Part shown: positions 10,829 through 21,096 of the stretch, in pieces
Layout of the letters: every line of letters begins with the position of its first letter
Position numbering within the stretch: the stretch's first letter is position 1
NCBI GenBank assembly: GCA_963740775.1
Contig: CAVUFE010000007.1
Location: 183,148 to 247,147, forward strand
DNA: 64,000 bases
Direction: 5' to 3'
From: an uncultured Alphaproteobacteria bacterium
GTDB taxonomy: Bacteria; Pseudomonadota; Alphaproteobacteria; Sphingomonadales; Sphingomonadaceae
Translations under genes and position numbers: made by a program
Notes under the pieces: model-generated
The model's database searches: none
The model's input: only the letters and a program-made list of their open reading frames with translations
What the model was told of the DNA's origin: nothing

Positions 10829-11650
10829 GTGGTGAAAGCGTTTCAAAGCCTGTTGTTCGTGCCGGGCAGCCGTCCCGAACGCTTTGCAAAGGCGCTCGGC
10901 AGTGGCGCGGACATCGTGGTCATCGACCTTGAGGACGCGGTTGGCCCTGCGGACAAGGACGCTGCACGCGATGCGGCGCTGGCGGCGCTGGCGGCGATGG
11001 GCGACCCGCGCCTTGGCATGCGCATCAACGGCGTCAAGACGCGGCAAGGGCTGGCCGATCTGCTGGCGATCGGTGATGCCGCGACCCAGCCCCCGTTCGT
11101 CATGGTGCCGATGGTGGAAAGCCCGACCGAGCTCGAGATCGTCCGGGCGGTGCTCGGGCCGCGTATCGCCTTGCTGCCTCTAATCGAAACGGTGCGTGGC
11201 CTGCGCTGGGCGGACGAGATCGCGCGGCGGCCGGGGGTGGCCGGGATCATGCTGGGCGGCGCCGATTTTGCGGGGCAACTGGGCACGACGATGAACTGGG
11301 ATGCACTCTACGCGGCGCGTGCGCAAATCGTCATGGCCTGCGCCTCTGCGCGTATTGCGAGCGTGGATGCGCCATGGTTGGCGCTCGATGATCTCGACGG
11401 GCTGGCGGGGGAAATTGCGCGCGTGAGGGACATGGGGTTCGCCGCCAAATCGCTGGTTCATCCAAAGCATGTCGCGGTGGTCCATCAAGTCATGCGCCCA
11501 ACGACCGACGAGCTTGCCGAGGCGCGCGAGGCGGAGCAGGCCTATGCCGCGGCGGGCGAGGCGGCGGTGCGGCACAAGGGCAAGATGCTCGAAGCGCCCG
11601 TCATGGCACGCTATCGCCGCATTCTCGAACTGGAGGCGCTCAATGCGTGA
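10829..11650 (+). CDS. CitE/HpcH-family CoA-ester lyase (citramalyl-/malyl-CoA lyase-like)
   Basis: SLLFVPGSRPERFAKA, DIVVIDLEDAV, MRIN, LIET, GGADF, KSLVHP. Confidence 0.88.
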   Translation: MVKAFQSLLFVPGSRPERFAKALGSGADIVVIDLEDAVGPADKDAARDAALAALAAMGDPRLGMRINGVKTRQGLADLLAIGDAATQPPFVMVPMVESPTELEIVRAVLGPRIALLPLIETVRGLRWADEIARRPGVAGIMLGGADFAGQLGTTMNWDALYAARAQIVMACASARIASVDAPWLALDDLDGLAGEIARVRDMGFAAKSLVHPKHVAVVHQVMRPTTDELAEAREAEQAYAAAGEAAVRHKGKMLEAPVMARYRRILELEALNA

Positions 11651-12152
11651 TGGCACGATCGAGGTGGGGCCGCGCCGCTTCCGCGAGACATTCGGGCGCT
11701 GGTATGAGGATTTCGTCGTCGGTGACGTCTACGAACACCGTCCCGGCCGGACGATCACCGACCATGACAACGTGCAGTTCACGCTGATGACGATGAACAC
11801 GCATCCGCTCCACTTCGACTACGAATATGCGAAGAAAACCGAGTTCGGGCGGCCACTGATCTGTTCGCCGCTGACCGTTGCGATCATGGTCGGGATGAGC
11901 GTGTCGGACGTCAGCCAGAAGGCGGTTGCCAATCTCGGCTGGGGCGACATCCAGCTGCCCGCGCCGCTGTTCCCCGGCGACACCCTGTATGCCGAGAGCG
12001 AGGTGCTTGAAATGCGCGAGAGCAAGTCGCGACCCGAGCAAGGTGTCGTGACCGTGCGGACCATCGGCAAGAACCAGAACGGGACGGTGGTGTGCACCTT
12101 CACCCGCACGATCCTGGTATGGAAGCGCGGGCACGGACCGAGCGAGACGTGA
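11643..12152 (+). CDS. MaoC-family (R)-enoyl-CoA hydratase (RipB/itaconyl-CoA hydratase-like)
   Basis: GRWYEDFVVGDVYEHRPGRTITDHDNVQFTLMTMNTHPLHFD hot-dog hydratase motif. Confidence 0.88.
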   Translation: MRDGTIEVGPRRFRETFGRWYEDFVVGDVYEHRPGRTITDHDNVQFTLMTMNTHPLHFDYEYAKKTEFGRPLICSPLTVAIMVGMSVSDVSQKAVANLGWGDIQLPAPLFPGDTLYAESEVLEMRESKSRPEQGVVTVRTIGKNQNGTVVCTFTRTILVWKRGHGPSET

Positions 12153-13306
12153 GCCGCACGATTGATCCCGACGAAGAGGCGGCGCTGCTGGCGTCGGTCG
12201 AGCGCTGGGTCGCGCGCGAGGTCGCACCGGTGGCGATGGCGCACGATCATGAGGATCGCTGGCCAGCCAAGCTGGTCGCGCAGATGGCCGAGATGGGCCT
12301 GTTCGGTGCGACGATCGGGCGCGACCATGGCGGGCTGGGGCTGCCGGCCGCAACCTATGCGCGGATCGTTGCGCATGTCGCCAGTTACTGGATGGCGATC
12401 ACCGGTATCGTCAATTCGCACCTGATCATGGCGGCGGCGGTCGAACGCTTCGGCACGGAGGCGCAGAAGGCGGAGTGGTTGCCCAAGTTCGCGACCGGCG
12501 AAGTTCGAGGCGGCCTCGCGCTGACCGAACCGAACGCGGGTACTGACCTTCAGGCCATCCGCATGACCGCGGTGCGCGACGGCGACGATTATGTCATCAA
12601 CGGCACCAAGACGTGGATCTCAAACGGCATCAACGGCGATTGTTTTGCGCTGCTGGTCAAGACCGACCCGGCGGCCAGCCCGCGTCACAAGGGCATGAGC
12701 CTGTTCATCGCGCCCAAGGGGCCGGGGTTCACTGCGGGACGCAAGCTTGAAAAGCTTGGCTATAAGGGCATCGATTCAGCCGAACTGGTATTCGACAATT
12801 ACCGCGTGCCCGCCGCCAACCTGATCGGCGGGGTCGAGGGGCAGGGGTTCGCGCAGGTCGCCGGCGGGCTCGAACTGGGCCGCATCAACGTTGCGGCACG
12901 TGGGACTGGCGTGGCCGAGGGCGCATTGCGGCTGGCAGGGGCTTATGCCCAGCAGCGTGAGACGATGGGCAAGCCAATTGCCGAGCATCAGGCCATCCAA
13001 CTCAAGATTGGCGAGATGGTCGCGCGGGCGCGCGCCGCGCGGTTGCTTACCTTGGATGCGGCGGCGATCTACGATCGCGGCGAGCGCTGCGACATGGAGG
13101 CGGGCATCGCCAAATATGCCGCGTCGGAAGCGGCGGTTAAGAATGCCGAGGAAGGCATGCGCATCCACGGCGGCTACGGCTATTCGAAGGAATATGAGAT
13201 CGAACGGCTGTACCGCGACGCGATCTTCCTCTGCATCGCCGAGGGGACCAACGAGATACAGCGGATGATTGTCGCCAAGCAGTGGCTCAAGCGGAACCCG
13301 GCATGA
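12149..13306 (+). CDS. Acyl-CoA dehydrogenase
   Basis: ALTEPNAGTD, INGTKTWISNG, GRINVAAR, IHGGYGYSKEYEIERLYRD, EGTNEIQR; GTG overlaps the previous stop. Confidence 0.93.
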   Translation: MSRTIDPDEEAALLASVERWVAREVAPVAMAHDHEDRWPAKLVAQMAEMGLFGATIGRDHGGLGLPAATYARIVAHVASYWMAITGIVNSHLIMAAAVERFGTEAQKAEWLPKFATGEVRGGLALTEPNAGTDLQAIRMTAVRDGDDYVINGTKTWISNGINGDCFALLVKTDPAASPRHKGMSLFIAPKGPGFTAGRKLEKLGYKGIDSAELVFDNYRVPAANLIGGVEGQGFAQVAGGLELGRINVAARGTGVAEGALRLAGAYAQQRETMGKPIAEHQAIQLKIGEMVARARAARLLTLDAAAIYDRGERCDMEAGIAKYAASEAAVKNAEEGMRIHGGYGYSKEYEIERLYRDAIFLCIAEGTNEIQRMIVAKQWLKRNPA

Positions 13307-14493
13307 CCGCGCCCCTGCCGCTGGCAGGCGTGCGCATCCTGGCGTCCGAGCAATATGGCGCCGGGCCTTACGGGTCGATGTTGCTCGCGCAATTGGGGGC
13401 GGAGGTCGTCAAGATCGAGCCGCCCCGAGGCGGGGATTCGGCGCGACAGGTCGGGCCTCATTTTGCCGGGCCGAATGACAGCCTGTTTTTCCAGACCTTC
13501 AACCTCAGCAAGCGGTCGTTGACACTCGACCTGACGAGCGAAGCGGGTCGCAACATTTTTCGGCGTCTTGCCGCCACCGCGCACGCGGTGACCAACAATG
13601 CGCGCGGCGACCTGCCGGCGAAACTGGGGTTGGACTATGCCGGATTGAAAGCGGTCAATCCGGCGATCGTGTGTGTCCATGCCTCGGCTTACGGGCGCGA
13701 TGGCGACCGTGCATCGTGGCCCGGATATGATTACCTCGCGCAGGCCGAAGCGGGGTTCATGGCGCTGACTGGCGCGCCGGGCGATCCGCCGACGCGGTTT
13801 GGACTGTCGATGGTCGATTTCATGACCGGCAACATGCTCGCGACCGCAACGCTCGCCGGGCTGTACGAGGCGCGAGCGTCAGGCGTGGGCCGCGACTGGG
13901 ACGTCTCTCTGATCGACACCGCGCTGCACCAGACGAGCTATCCGGCGCTATGGTATCTGAACGAGGGGCATGCGATCGGGCAGGCGCCGCGTTCGGCGCA
14001 TCCGACGGTTACGCCGAGCCAGACGTTTCGTACCGCCGACGGCTGGTTGTTCGTGATGGCTCAGTTGCCCAAATTCTGGACGCGATTGATCGACCTGCTA
14101 GGCGTTGCGCACCTCGCTTGCGATGCGCGGTTCGCAACGGTCGAGGCGCGGTTGGAGTATCGCGATCAGCTAACCATGATACTCGACGGCGTGTTCCTGC
14201 AGCATACCGGTGCGCATTGGGTGGGCTTACTCGGCGGCAAGGTTCCCGTGGCGGTGGTAAACGACCTGGCGCAGGCGCTCGATAGCCCGCGTGCGGCTGG
14301 CATGATCGAGACGGTAGCCCATCCCAATCGGACCGATGGCCTGCGCGTCCTCGGTAGCCCGATCCGTCGAGACGGTGTGCGATTGGCGAGCACCGCGTCC
14401 CCGCAACTGGGGGCCGACACTGATGCATTGCTGACCGAAATCGGGATGAGCGTGGCCGAAATAGAACTGCTGCGCGCCGCCGGAACAGTGTGA
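13303..14493 (+). CDS. Class III CoA-transferase (CaiB/BaiF)
   Basis: PLAGVRIL, AGPYGSMLLAQLGAEVVKIEPP, KRSLTLDL, PGYDYLAQA. Confidence 0.9.
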   Translation: MTAPLPLAGVRILASEQYGAGPYGSMLLAQLGAEVVKIEPPRGGDSARQVGPHFAGPNDSLFFQTFNLSKRSLTLDLTSEAGRNIFRRLAATAHAVTNNARGDLPAKLGLDYAGLKAVNPAIVCVHASAYGRDGDRASWPGYDYLAQAEAGFMALTGAPGDPPTRFGLSMVDFMTGNMLATATLAGLYEARASGVGRDWDVSLIDTALHQTSYPALWYLNEGHAIGQAPRSAHPTVTPSQTFRTADGWLFVMAQLPKFWTRLIDLLGVAHLACDARFATVEARLEYRDQLTMILDGVFLQHTGAHWVGLLGGKVPVAVVNDLAQALDSPRAAGMIETVAHPNRTDGLRVLGSPIRRDGVRLASTASPQLGADTDALLTEIGMSVAEIELLRAAGTV

Positions 14494-15572
14494 TGGGGAA
14501 GCTCAGCGGCATTCGGGTCGTCGATCTGACGCAATTTCTGCCGGGCCCGATGATGACCGTCATGATGGCGGACCAGGGGGCGGAGGTGATCAAGGTCGAA
14601 CCCGCAGCGGGCGATCCGGCGCGCGGCGAAGGGCCGTTCGAGGCGGGGCAATCAGTGTGGTTCCGCAACCTCAATCGCGGCAAGCGGTCGGTCGTACTCG
14701 ATTTGAAGACCGATGCGGGCAAGGCGGCTTTGTGGGATTTGATCGACGGCGCAGATGTGCTGGTCGAGGGGTTTCGGCCCGGTGCGATGGCGCGGCTTGG
14801 CTTCGACGCGGTCACGGTGCGGGCGCGTAGGCCGGCGCTGATCTATTGCTCAATTTCGGCCTTTGGGCAGAATGGGGCGCTAGCGCAGAACCCGGCACAC
14901 GACATGGCGGTGCAGGCGCTCGCCGGGTTTCTATTGGTCAATGACGGGGCTGACGGAACGCCGGTCGTGCCGGGCGCGGCGAGTGCGGACATGGCCGCGG
15001 GGCTGACCGCGCTGTCGGCGGTCCTGATGGCCCTGATCGGGCGTGATCGGACAGGCGAGGGCGCGACCATCGATTGCGCGATGCTGGACAGCCTGATGCC
15101 GTGGTGCGCACACACGGCGGGCAGTGCAATTGCCGGTGGTGCGCCGCAGCAGTCGGCAAGCCAGCGATCCTTGGGTGGCGCGGCCTTTTACCAGATTTAC
15201 GAGACGGCAGACGGCAAGCACGTCTGCCTCGGTGGGCGCGAACTGAAGTTCGCGCGAAACCTGCTCATGGCCTTGGGCCGTAAGGACCTGATCGTCCATG
15301 CCGAACGGCCAGCGGGAGAGCAGGAGGCGTTGATCGCGTTCTTGCGTAAAACCTTCGCCGCGCGAACGCGTGAGGCGTGGATCACGTGGTTTGCCGACAA
15401 GGATGTAGCGTTCGCGCCGGTGCTCGATTTTCGAGAAGCGTTCAATCAACCACACGTCGCCGAGCGCGGTTTGTGGGTGGAAGTGGACGGCGCTCACCAT
15501 GTGGCGCCGGCAATCCGGTTCGTCGGGGACTCTTGGGTGCCGCAGCCCGCACCAGAACTTGGTACGGGCTGA
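14490..15572 (+). CDS. Class III CoA-transferase / alpha-methylacyl-CoA racemase-like
   Basis: LSGIRVVDLTQFLPGP, NRGKRSVVLDLK, EGFRPG, PAHDMAVQA. Confidence 0.9.
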   Translation: MMGKLSGIRVVDLTQFLPGPMMTVMMADQGAEVIKVEPAAGDPARGEGPFEAGQSVWFRNLNRGKRSVVLDLKTDAGKAALWDLIDGADVLVEGFRPGAMARLGFDAVTVRARRPALIYCSISAFGQNGALAQNPAHDMAVQALAGFLLVNDGADGTPVVPGAASADMAAGLTALSAVLMALIGRDRTGEGATIDCAMLDSLMPWCAHTAGSAIAGGAPQQSASQRSLGGAAFYQIYETADGKHVCLGGRELKFARNLLMALGRKDLIVHAERPAGEQEALIAFLRKTFAARTREAWITWFADKDVAFAPVLDFREAFNQPHVAERGLWVEVDGAHHVAPAIRFVGDSWVPQPAPELGTG

Positions 15573-15577
15573 GCTTT

Positions 15578-16819
15578 TTATTCGCTGCGCAGCGCCTCGA
15601 TAGGGCTGAGGCGGCTGGCGCGAATTGCAGGATAGGTGCCGAAGGCGAGGCCGATCAACGCGCTGAAGACGATGCTGCCGATCGCCACCGGCATGCCGAT
15701 CGGCGCGGGGAAATCAGCGACCTTGGCAAACACCTGCGCGGCGATGGCGGCGAGGATCAGGCCGAGCAGCCCCCCGATGACGCACAGCGACGCGGCCTCG
15801 ACAAGGAACTGGTTGCGGATATCGCGGCGGCGCGCGCCGAGCGCCATGCGGAGTCCGATTTCGCGCGTCCGTTCGGTGACGCTGACCAGCATGATGTTCA
15901 TGATACCGATGCCGCCAACGAGTAGCGAGATCGAAGCGATGGCGACGAGCACCGCCTGGAACACGCCGGTGACGGTGGCGGACTGTTTCTGAAACTCCTC
16001 GGTGGTGCGCACGGTGAACGGCTGCACCTCACCCCTGGCGACGCTGTACCGCGCGCGGAGCAGGCGCACGATGTTTGTCTTGGCTTCCTTGAGATCGACG
16101 CTGTCGTCGAAGCCGACGAAGAGCACGGCAAGGTCGTCGGGTCCGGTTAGCGTAGTCGAGAAGCGTTGGCGCCCGGTCCGTAACGGGACCAGAGCCACAT
16201 CGTCGTTGTCGTTACCGAAGCTCGACCCCTTGGCAGCGAGGATGCCGATGACCGAGAATGGCACGCGATTGACCCGCACACTCTGACCGACGGGCTCGAG
16301 ATCGCCGAACAACTTGGTCGCTACGGTTTGGCCGAGCACGATGACTCGCGCCGCCGATTGGACATCGGCATCGGTGATATTGCGTCCGCTATCGACTTCG
16401 GCGTTGGACACCATCGCATAGCCCGGGGTGACGGCGAGGCCGTTGGTACTCACGCGGCGACCGGGCAGCGTCAGTTGGATGCTGGCGCGCAATTGCGGTG
16501 CGATGGCGGTGACGCCGGGGACAGAGCGCAGGATCGCCTGTGCGTCGCGCTCGGTCAGCTTACCCGCGTCACGGCTGCGGCCGTTAGTGCCGACATCGGG
16601 CTGCGGGAAAACGAGTGCCATGTTCGAACCAAGCTGGCTGATCGTGCTTTCGACCGAGACCTGCGCGCCGCTGCCTACCGCGACCGCGAGGACGACTGCG
16701 AGCACCCCGATCATCACGCCGAGCGCGGTCAGGGTCGATCGAAGCAGGTTGGTACGCAGGGCGACCAGCGCGGTGGCGATGTTGACAGACCAGCCCGCCA
16801 GCGTGCGACGGAAGTTCAT
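15578..16819 (-). CDS. MacB-like ABC transporter permease (FtsX family)
   Basis: RSTLTALGVMIGV, VGGIGIMNIMLVSVTERTREIGLRMALGA, PAIRASRLSPIEALR. Confidence 0.93.
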   Translation of the reverse strand: MNFRRTLAGWSVNIATALVALRTNLLRSTLTALGVMIGVLAVVLAVAVGSGAQVSVESTISQLGSNMALVFPQPDVGTNGRSRDAGKLTERDAQAILRSVPGVTAIAPQLRASIQLTLPGRRVSTNGLAVTPGYAMVSNAEVDSGRNITDADVQSAARVIVLGQTVATKLFGDLEPVGQSVRVNRVPFSVIGILAAKGSSFGNDNDDVALVPLRTGRQRFSTTLTGPDDLAVLFVGFDDSVDLKEAKTNIVRLLRARYSVARGEVQPFTVRTTEEFQKQSATVTGVFQAVLVAIASISLLVGGIGIMNIMLVSVTERTREIGLRMALGARRRDIRNQFLVEAASLCVIGGLLGLILAAIAAQVFAKVADFPAPIGMPVAIGSIVFSALIGLAFGTYPAIRASRLSPIEALRSE

Positions 16820-17532
16820 GCCGCGCGCCGCCGATCGGTGACTGGCGCGTCCTCGATCACCCGTCCGTCGCGAAACAGAATTCGGCGCGTGGCGTATTGT
16901 GCGACTTCGGGCTCGTGTGTCACGACGATCACGGTGATGCCGTCGTCATTGAGCCGCTGAAACAGCTTCATGATGTCGTCGGTCGTCGCGGTGTCCAGCG
17001 CGCCGGTGGGCTCGTCGGCAAGTAGCATCAGCGGCTCGGTCACGAGGGCCCGGGCAATGGCGACGCGTTGCTGCTGCCCGCCTGACAATTTGGCCGGGGT
17101 ATGCAGACTGCGTTCGGCCAGCCCCATCGCGGCGAGTTTCGCCGCTGCACGGTCCCGACGCTCCGTGCGAGAAAGTCCGGCATAGACCAACGGCGTCGCG
17201 ACGTTGTCGAGCGCGGTGGTCCGGGGCAGCAGGTTGAATTGCTGGAAAACAAAGCCGATCTTGCGATTTCGGATGGCGGCAAGCTCGTCGGACGACATAG
17301 TCCCGATGTCGATCCCGTCGAGCAGCAAGGTGCCGCGCGTCGGCACGTCGAGCGCGCCGATCATGTTCATGAACGTCGACTTGCCCGAGCCGCTGGCACC
17401 CATGATCGCGACGAATTCGCCGCGCGCGACCGTCAGCGAAACACCCGCAACGGCGTGAACGGTTTCGCCGCCCAGCTGATAGTCCTTGTCGAGAGCGCGC
17501 GTCTCGAGCAGCGGTGGCTCAGCTGCCATCAT
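16816..17532 (-). CDS. MacB/LolD-like ABC ATP-binding protein
   Basis: Walker [34 protein letters not shown]; start 17532 or 17553. Confidence 0.93.
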   Translation of the reverse strand: MMAAEPPLLETRALDKDYQLGGETVHAVAGVSLTVARGEFVAIMGASGSGKSTFMNMIGALDVPTRGTLLLDGIDIGTMSSDELAAIRNRKIGFVFQQFNLLPRTTALDNVATPLVYAGLSRTERRDRAAAKLAAMGLAERSLHTPAKLSGGQQQRVAIARALVTEPLMLLADEPTGALDTATTDDIMKLFQRLNDDGITVIVVTHEPEVAQYATRRILFRDGRVIEDAPVTDRRRAA

Positions 17533-18775
17533 TGGCGTCGTCGTCTTCGCCATCGACTTCGCGTTTCTTGGCGGTGGATTTCGAGCGGATCAGCACCTTT
17601 TCGCCGGGTTTCAGGCCGCTGGTTATCTGGACGTAATCCTCGCCCTGCAGACCGAGCGCAACCGTGCGCCGCGCCGGCTTGAAGGGGTCCGCGGTGGCGA
17701 CGTAGACGATGTGGGCATTGGCGCCCGCACTTCCCTTGGGGCGGTCGGCGACCTTTGGGCGGAAGCGCAGAGCCGTGGTCGGCACGCGCACCGCGCTGGC
17801 CACGCGTCCGGTGATGATTTCGACATTCGCAGTCATGCCGGGCAACAGCTTTCCGTCGCGATTGTCGACCTCAAGGATGACAAGGTAGCTGACGACGTTG
17901 GCGGTTTCCGTCGCGGCCTTGCGGATTTGGCGGACGACGGCGCGGAAGCGTTCGCCTGGATAGGCGTCGACGCTGAACAGGACGTTCTGGCCGACACGAA
18001 CCTGGCCGATATCCGCTTCATCGACCGAAGCTTCGACCTGCATCCGCGTAGTGTCGGCGGCGATTTCGAATAAATTGGGGGTCTGAAAGCTCGCGGCGAC
18101 GGTGGTGCCGGGTTCGACCAGTTTGTTGATGATGACGCCTGCCGCCGGCGCGACGATGGTGGTGCGCGACAGATCGAGCAGCGCCGATGATAATTCGGCA
18201 CGGGCCTGAGCGATCTGGGCGCGGGCGCTGGCGACCTGCGCCTCCGTCGTCCGCTGCCCCGCCCGCGCTGCCGCCAGACTGCTTTGCGCGGCGTCGAGTG
18301 TGGAGCGCGACACGAAGCCACGGTTCGACAGGTTCTGTCGCCGACCGAACTCGCGTTGCTGGATCTGGATTTCCGTCCCGGCGCGCACTGCATTTGCTTG
18401 GGCCTGCGCTAACCCGGCCTCGGCCAGGGCGACCTGCGCGCGGACTTGCTCAACCCGCGCACGCAAGCGCGTCGGATCGATCTCCGCGAGCACCTGACCG
18501 GCCCGGACGGGGGAGTTGAAATCGACAAAAACGCGCGTGATCTGACCCGACACTTCGGCGCCTACCTTGATCGTGTTGAGCGCGCGGAGCCTGCCGCTGG
18601 CGGTTACCTTGCGGACCACTTCACCCCGCGATGCGGCTTCGGTGACGTAGACGTAATCGTGCTGGGTCGGTTTCAGGATTTGATAGGCGATGAACAGGGC
18701 GGCGAGCGCAATCAATGAGGCCCAGATTTTGTGCCGTTTGGCCCAGCCGATAATCCGGTTCAGTCGATCCCGCAT
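17519..18775 (-). CDS. MacA-like periplasmic adaptor (membrane fusion protein)
   Basis: N-terminal TM, VGAEVSGQI, coiled-coil hairpin, TVAASFQTPNLF, VDEADIG, LLPGMTAN. Confidence 0.92.
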   Translation of the reverse strand: MRDRLNRIIGWAKRHKIWASLIALAALFIAYQILKPTQHDYVYVTEAASRGEVVRKVTASGRLRALNTIKVGAEVSGQITRVFVDFNSPVRAGQVLAEIDPTRLRARVEQVRAQVALAEAGLAQAQANAVRAGTEIQIQQREFGRRQNLSNRGFVSRSTLDAAQSSLAAARAGQRTTEAQVASARAQIAQARAELSSALLDLSRTTIVAPAAGVIINKLVEPGTTVAASFQTPNLFEIAADTTRMQVEASVDEADIGQVRVGQNVLFSVDAYPGERFRAVVRQIRKAATETANVVSYLVILEVDNRDGKLLPGMTANVEIITGRVASAVRVPTTALRFRPKVADRPKGSAGANAHIVYVATADPFKPARRTVALGLQGEDYVQITSGLKPGEKVLIRSKSTAKKREVDGEDDDANDGS

Positions 18776-18830
18776 CAGCCGCTTTTAGGGAGGGTCGGCA
18801 GGGTTAACCACCCGCGATTTTAGCAGCGAC

Positions 18831-19790
18831 CTAGAGCTTGCTGACAAATCTCATCAGCGCTGCATTGGTCGCTTCAGGTGCTTCCTGCTGCACCCAATGG
18901 CCAATGCCTTCAATGATCGTCGCTCCGCGAAAATCATCGCAAAAAGCTCCGGCTGCGGCGAAACTGTCCATGCCCGGTATGAAATGACGCACGGGATCAA
19001 GCGCGCCGCCTATGAACGTGGCCGGCTGAGTGATGTGTTTCCCGACGACATCCCGGCGTTCGGCGTGATCCTGGTCTTGTGCACGATAGCGATTGAAGGG
19101 CCCGCGCCAGCCGTTGCGCGCGAACGTCGTTTCGTAGATTGCGAGGTCGTCGGCGGGGAGCCAGTCGGGCAGCTGCGCTGGGCGTGACATACCGGACAGG
19201 AAGCCGTCGCCCTTGAATTTCTGCCGCATTGGTTGGGCCGTCAGGCCCTCGCCCGAGATGCCCCAATAGATTTTGGCCAGCGCGTCGGAATCGCCCTCGA
19301 ATTCCGCCTCGGCGACGCCCGGTTCCTGAAAATACAGCTGATAGAAGAAAGTCTCCTTGTGAATGTGCCGCATGACGTCGAGGAACGACGTGTCACTGGC
19401 GGGGATGTACGGCACGCTGAGCCCTGCGACCGCCGCAACCTTTTGCGGATAGCGGATCGAGGTCTGCCAGACGATCGGCGCGCCCCAGTCATGACCGAAC
19501 AGGATGGCCTTGCCGCCCAGGGCGTCGATCACCGCCGCGACGTCCGAAGTCAGCTCTGCCATAGTATAAGCCGAGATCTCTTCGGGTCGACTGCTGTCGC
19601 CGTAGCCGCGCACGTCGAGCGCGGCGATGCGGTAACCGGCACTCGCAAAGTGCGCGATCTGATGCCGCCAGGAATAGGCCAGTTCGGGCCATCCGTGGAC
19701 GCACAGGATCGGCAAGTGAACTGCCTCTTCCGGGCCATCGATCAGCACGCTTAGCGTGATGTCGCCATTGGGCACTGCAATGCGGTTCAT
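18831..19790 (-). CDS. Epoxide hydrolase-like alpha/beta hydrolase
   Basis: HGWPE, DVRGYG, GHDWGA (Asp nucleophile), YQLYFQ, GHWVQQE. Confidence 0.88.
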   Translation of the reverse strand: MNRIAVPNGDITLSVLIDGPEEAVHLPILCVHGWPELAYSWRHQIAHFASAGYRIAALDVRGYGDSSRPEEISAYTMAELTSDVAAVIDALGGKAILFGHDWGAPIVWQTSIRYPQKVAAVAGLSVPYIPASDTSFLDVMRHIHKETFFYQLYFQEPGVAEAEFEGDSDALAKIYWGISGEGLTAQPMRQKFKGDGFLSGMSRPAQLPDWLPADDLAIYETTFARNGWRGPFNRYRAQDQDHAERRDVVGKHITQPATFIGGALDPVRHFIPGMDSFAAAGAFCDDFRGATIIEGIGHWVQQEAPEATNAALMRFVSKL

Positions 19791-19812
19791 GGTCGGCAGC
19801 GTCTCCGATCAA

Positions 19813-19888
19813 TGGTGAGCCCTGCTGGATTCGAACCAGCGACCTACTGATTAAAAGTCAGTTGCTCTACCGACTGAGCTAAGGGCCC
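19813..19888 (-). tRNA. tRNA-Lys (anticodon TTT)
   Basis: GGGCCCTTAGCTCAGTCGGTAGAGCAACTGACTTTTAATCAGTAGGTCGCTGGTTCGAATCCAGCAGGGCTCACCA; cloverleaf with encoded CCA. Confidence 0.97.
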
Positions 19889-19906
19889 CAAGGGGACTGG
19901 CGCCGA

Positions 19907-20373
19907 CTATGGACGGTGGCGCTTGCGGTCAAGCCGCGCGAGCATTTGGCGGGCCGTGCGATGGGTAATGGGATCGCGCCAGTCAGGGACAATCTGGACG
20001 AGCGGTACGAGACGAATCGACGCTCGCGGAAAGAGGGGTGCGGATCGAAAGACCGCGGAGACGCCCAGATACCGCCCGACCAGCCGATGATGTCGAGATC
20101 AAGCGGGCGCGCGCCCCAGCGCTGACCGGACCGGCGTCCCGCGTCGCGTTCGAGCGCCTTCAGGTGCGCCATGAAAGCCGGGGGGGCTACGCTGCTCTCA
20201 ACGATGGCAACGACGTTGACGAAACGGCGCCGAGATGGCCCCAGAGGGTCGCTATGGACAATCGCGGATTGGGCAATCGGGTGGAGCAGGCCAAGCGCCC
20301 GTTGCACCGCATCCCGCGGGCCGCCCCACGCGCCCGGCTTGTTCGATCCCAGCGCAACGATGAACCAGTCCAT
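19907..20373 (-). CDS. folK: 2-amino-4-hydroxy-6-hydroxymethyldihydropteridine diphosphokinase, frameshifted near the 3' end
   Basis: IVALGSN, FVNVV, RWGARPLDLDII, PHPSFRERRFV; probable true end RQMLARLDRKRHRP*. Confidence 0.85.
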
Positions 20374-20436
20374 GTCAGGGTTAGAGAGGATGCAGCGGAC
20401 TTCGACAAGCTTGGCCAAGTCGGTTTAGAGGCGGGA

Positions 20437-21096
20437 ATGACTTCACCGCTCCCGCAAACCGAACCGCCGCGCGATTGTCCGTTATGTCCACGCCTCGTGG
20501 CTTTTCGTAAAGAGTTGCGCACCGAGTTTCCCGACTGGTGGAACGCGCCGGTTCCAGCATTTGGCGATCCGCAGGCACGGCTGGCGATCGTCGGACTGGC
20601 TCCGGGCAAGCATGGCGCCAATCGCACCGGGCGGCCGTTCACCGGCGATTTCGCCGGGCTGCTGCTGTACGAGACGCTCGCCAAGTTCGGGCTGACCACC
20701 GGCACTTATGACGCGCGGGCGAATGACGGCTTCGCGCTGAAGGACGCGATCATCATCAACGCCGTCCGCTGCCTGCCGCCCGAAAACAAGCCGACGCCCG
20801 AAGAGATCCGCACCTGCCGCCCGTTCCTCGAATCGCCGATGGAGGCATTGTCCAACGTCCGCGTATTCGTCGCGCTCGGCGCGATCGCGCATCAGTCGGC
20901 GGTCAAGGCGCTGGGCGGGAGGCTGCCCAAGGCACCCTTCGGGCACCTCAACGAACACCGCATGCCCGATGGCCGCATCCTCATCGATAGCTACCACTGT
21001 TCGCGCTACAACCAGAACACCGGCCGCCTGACGCGCGAGATGTTCGAGGGCGTGTTCGCGCGGGCGTTAGACGTCCTCGACCAGCCGCCTGTATAG
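20437..21096 (+). CDS. Uracil-DNA glycosylase, Fe-S family 5 (UdgB-like)
   Basis: CPLCPRL, GLAPGKHGANRTGRPFTGD, NAVRCLPPENKP, SYHCSRYNQNT. Confidence 0.9.
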   Translation: MTSPLPQTEPPRDCPLCPRLVAFRKELRTEFPDWWNAPVPAFGDPQARLAIVGLAPGKHGANRTGRPFTGDFAGLLLYETLAKFGLTTGTYDARANDGFALKDAIIINAVRCLPPENKPTPEEIRTCRPFLESPMEALSNVRVFVALGAIAHQSAVKALGGRLPKAPFGHLNEHRMPDGRILIDSYHCSRYNQNTGRLTREMFEGVFARALDVLDQPPV

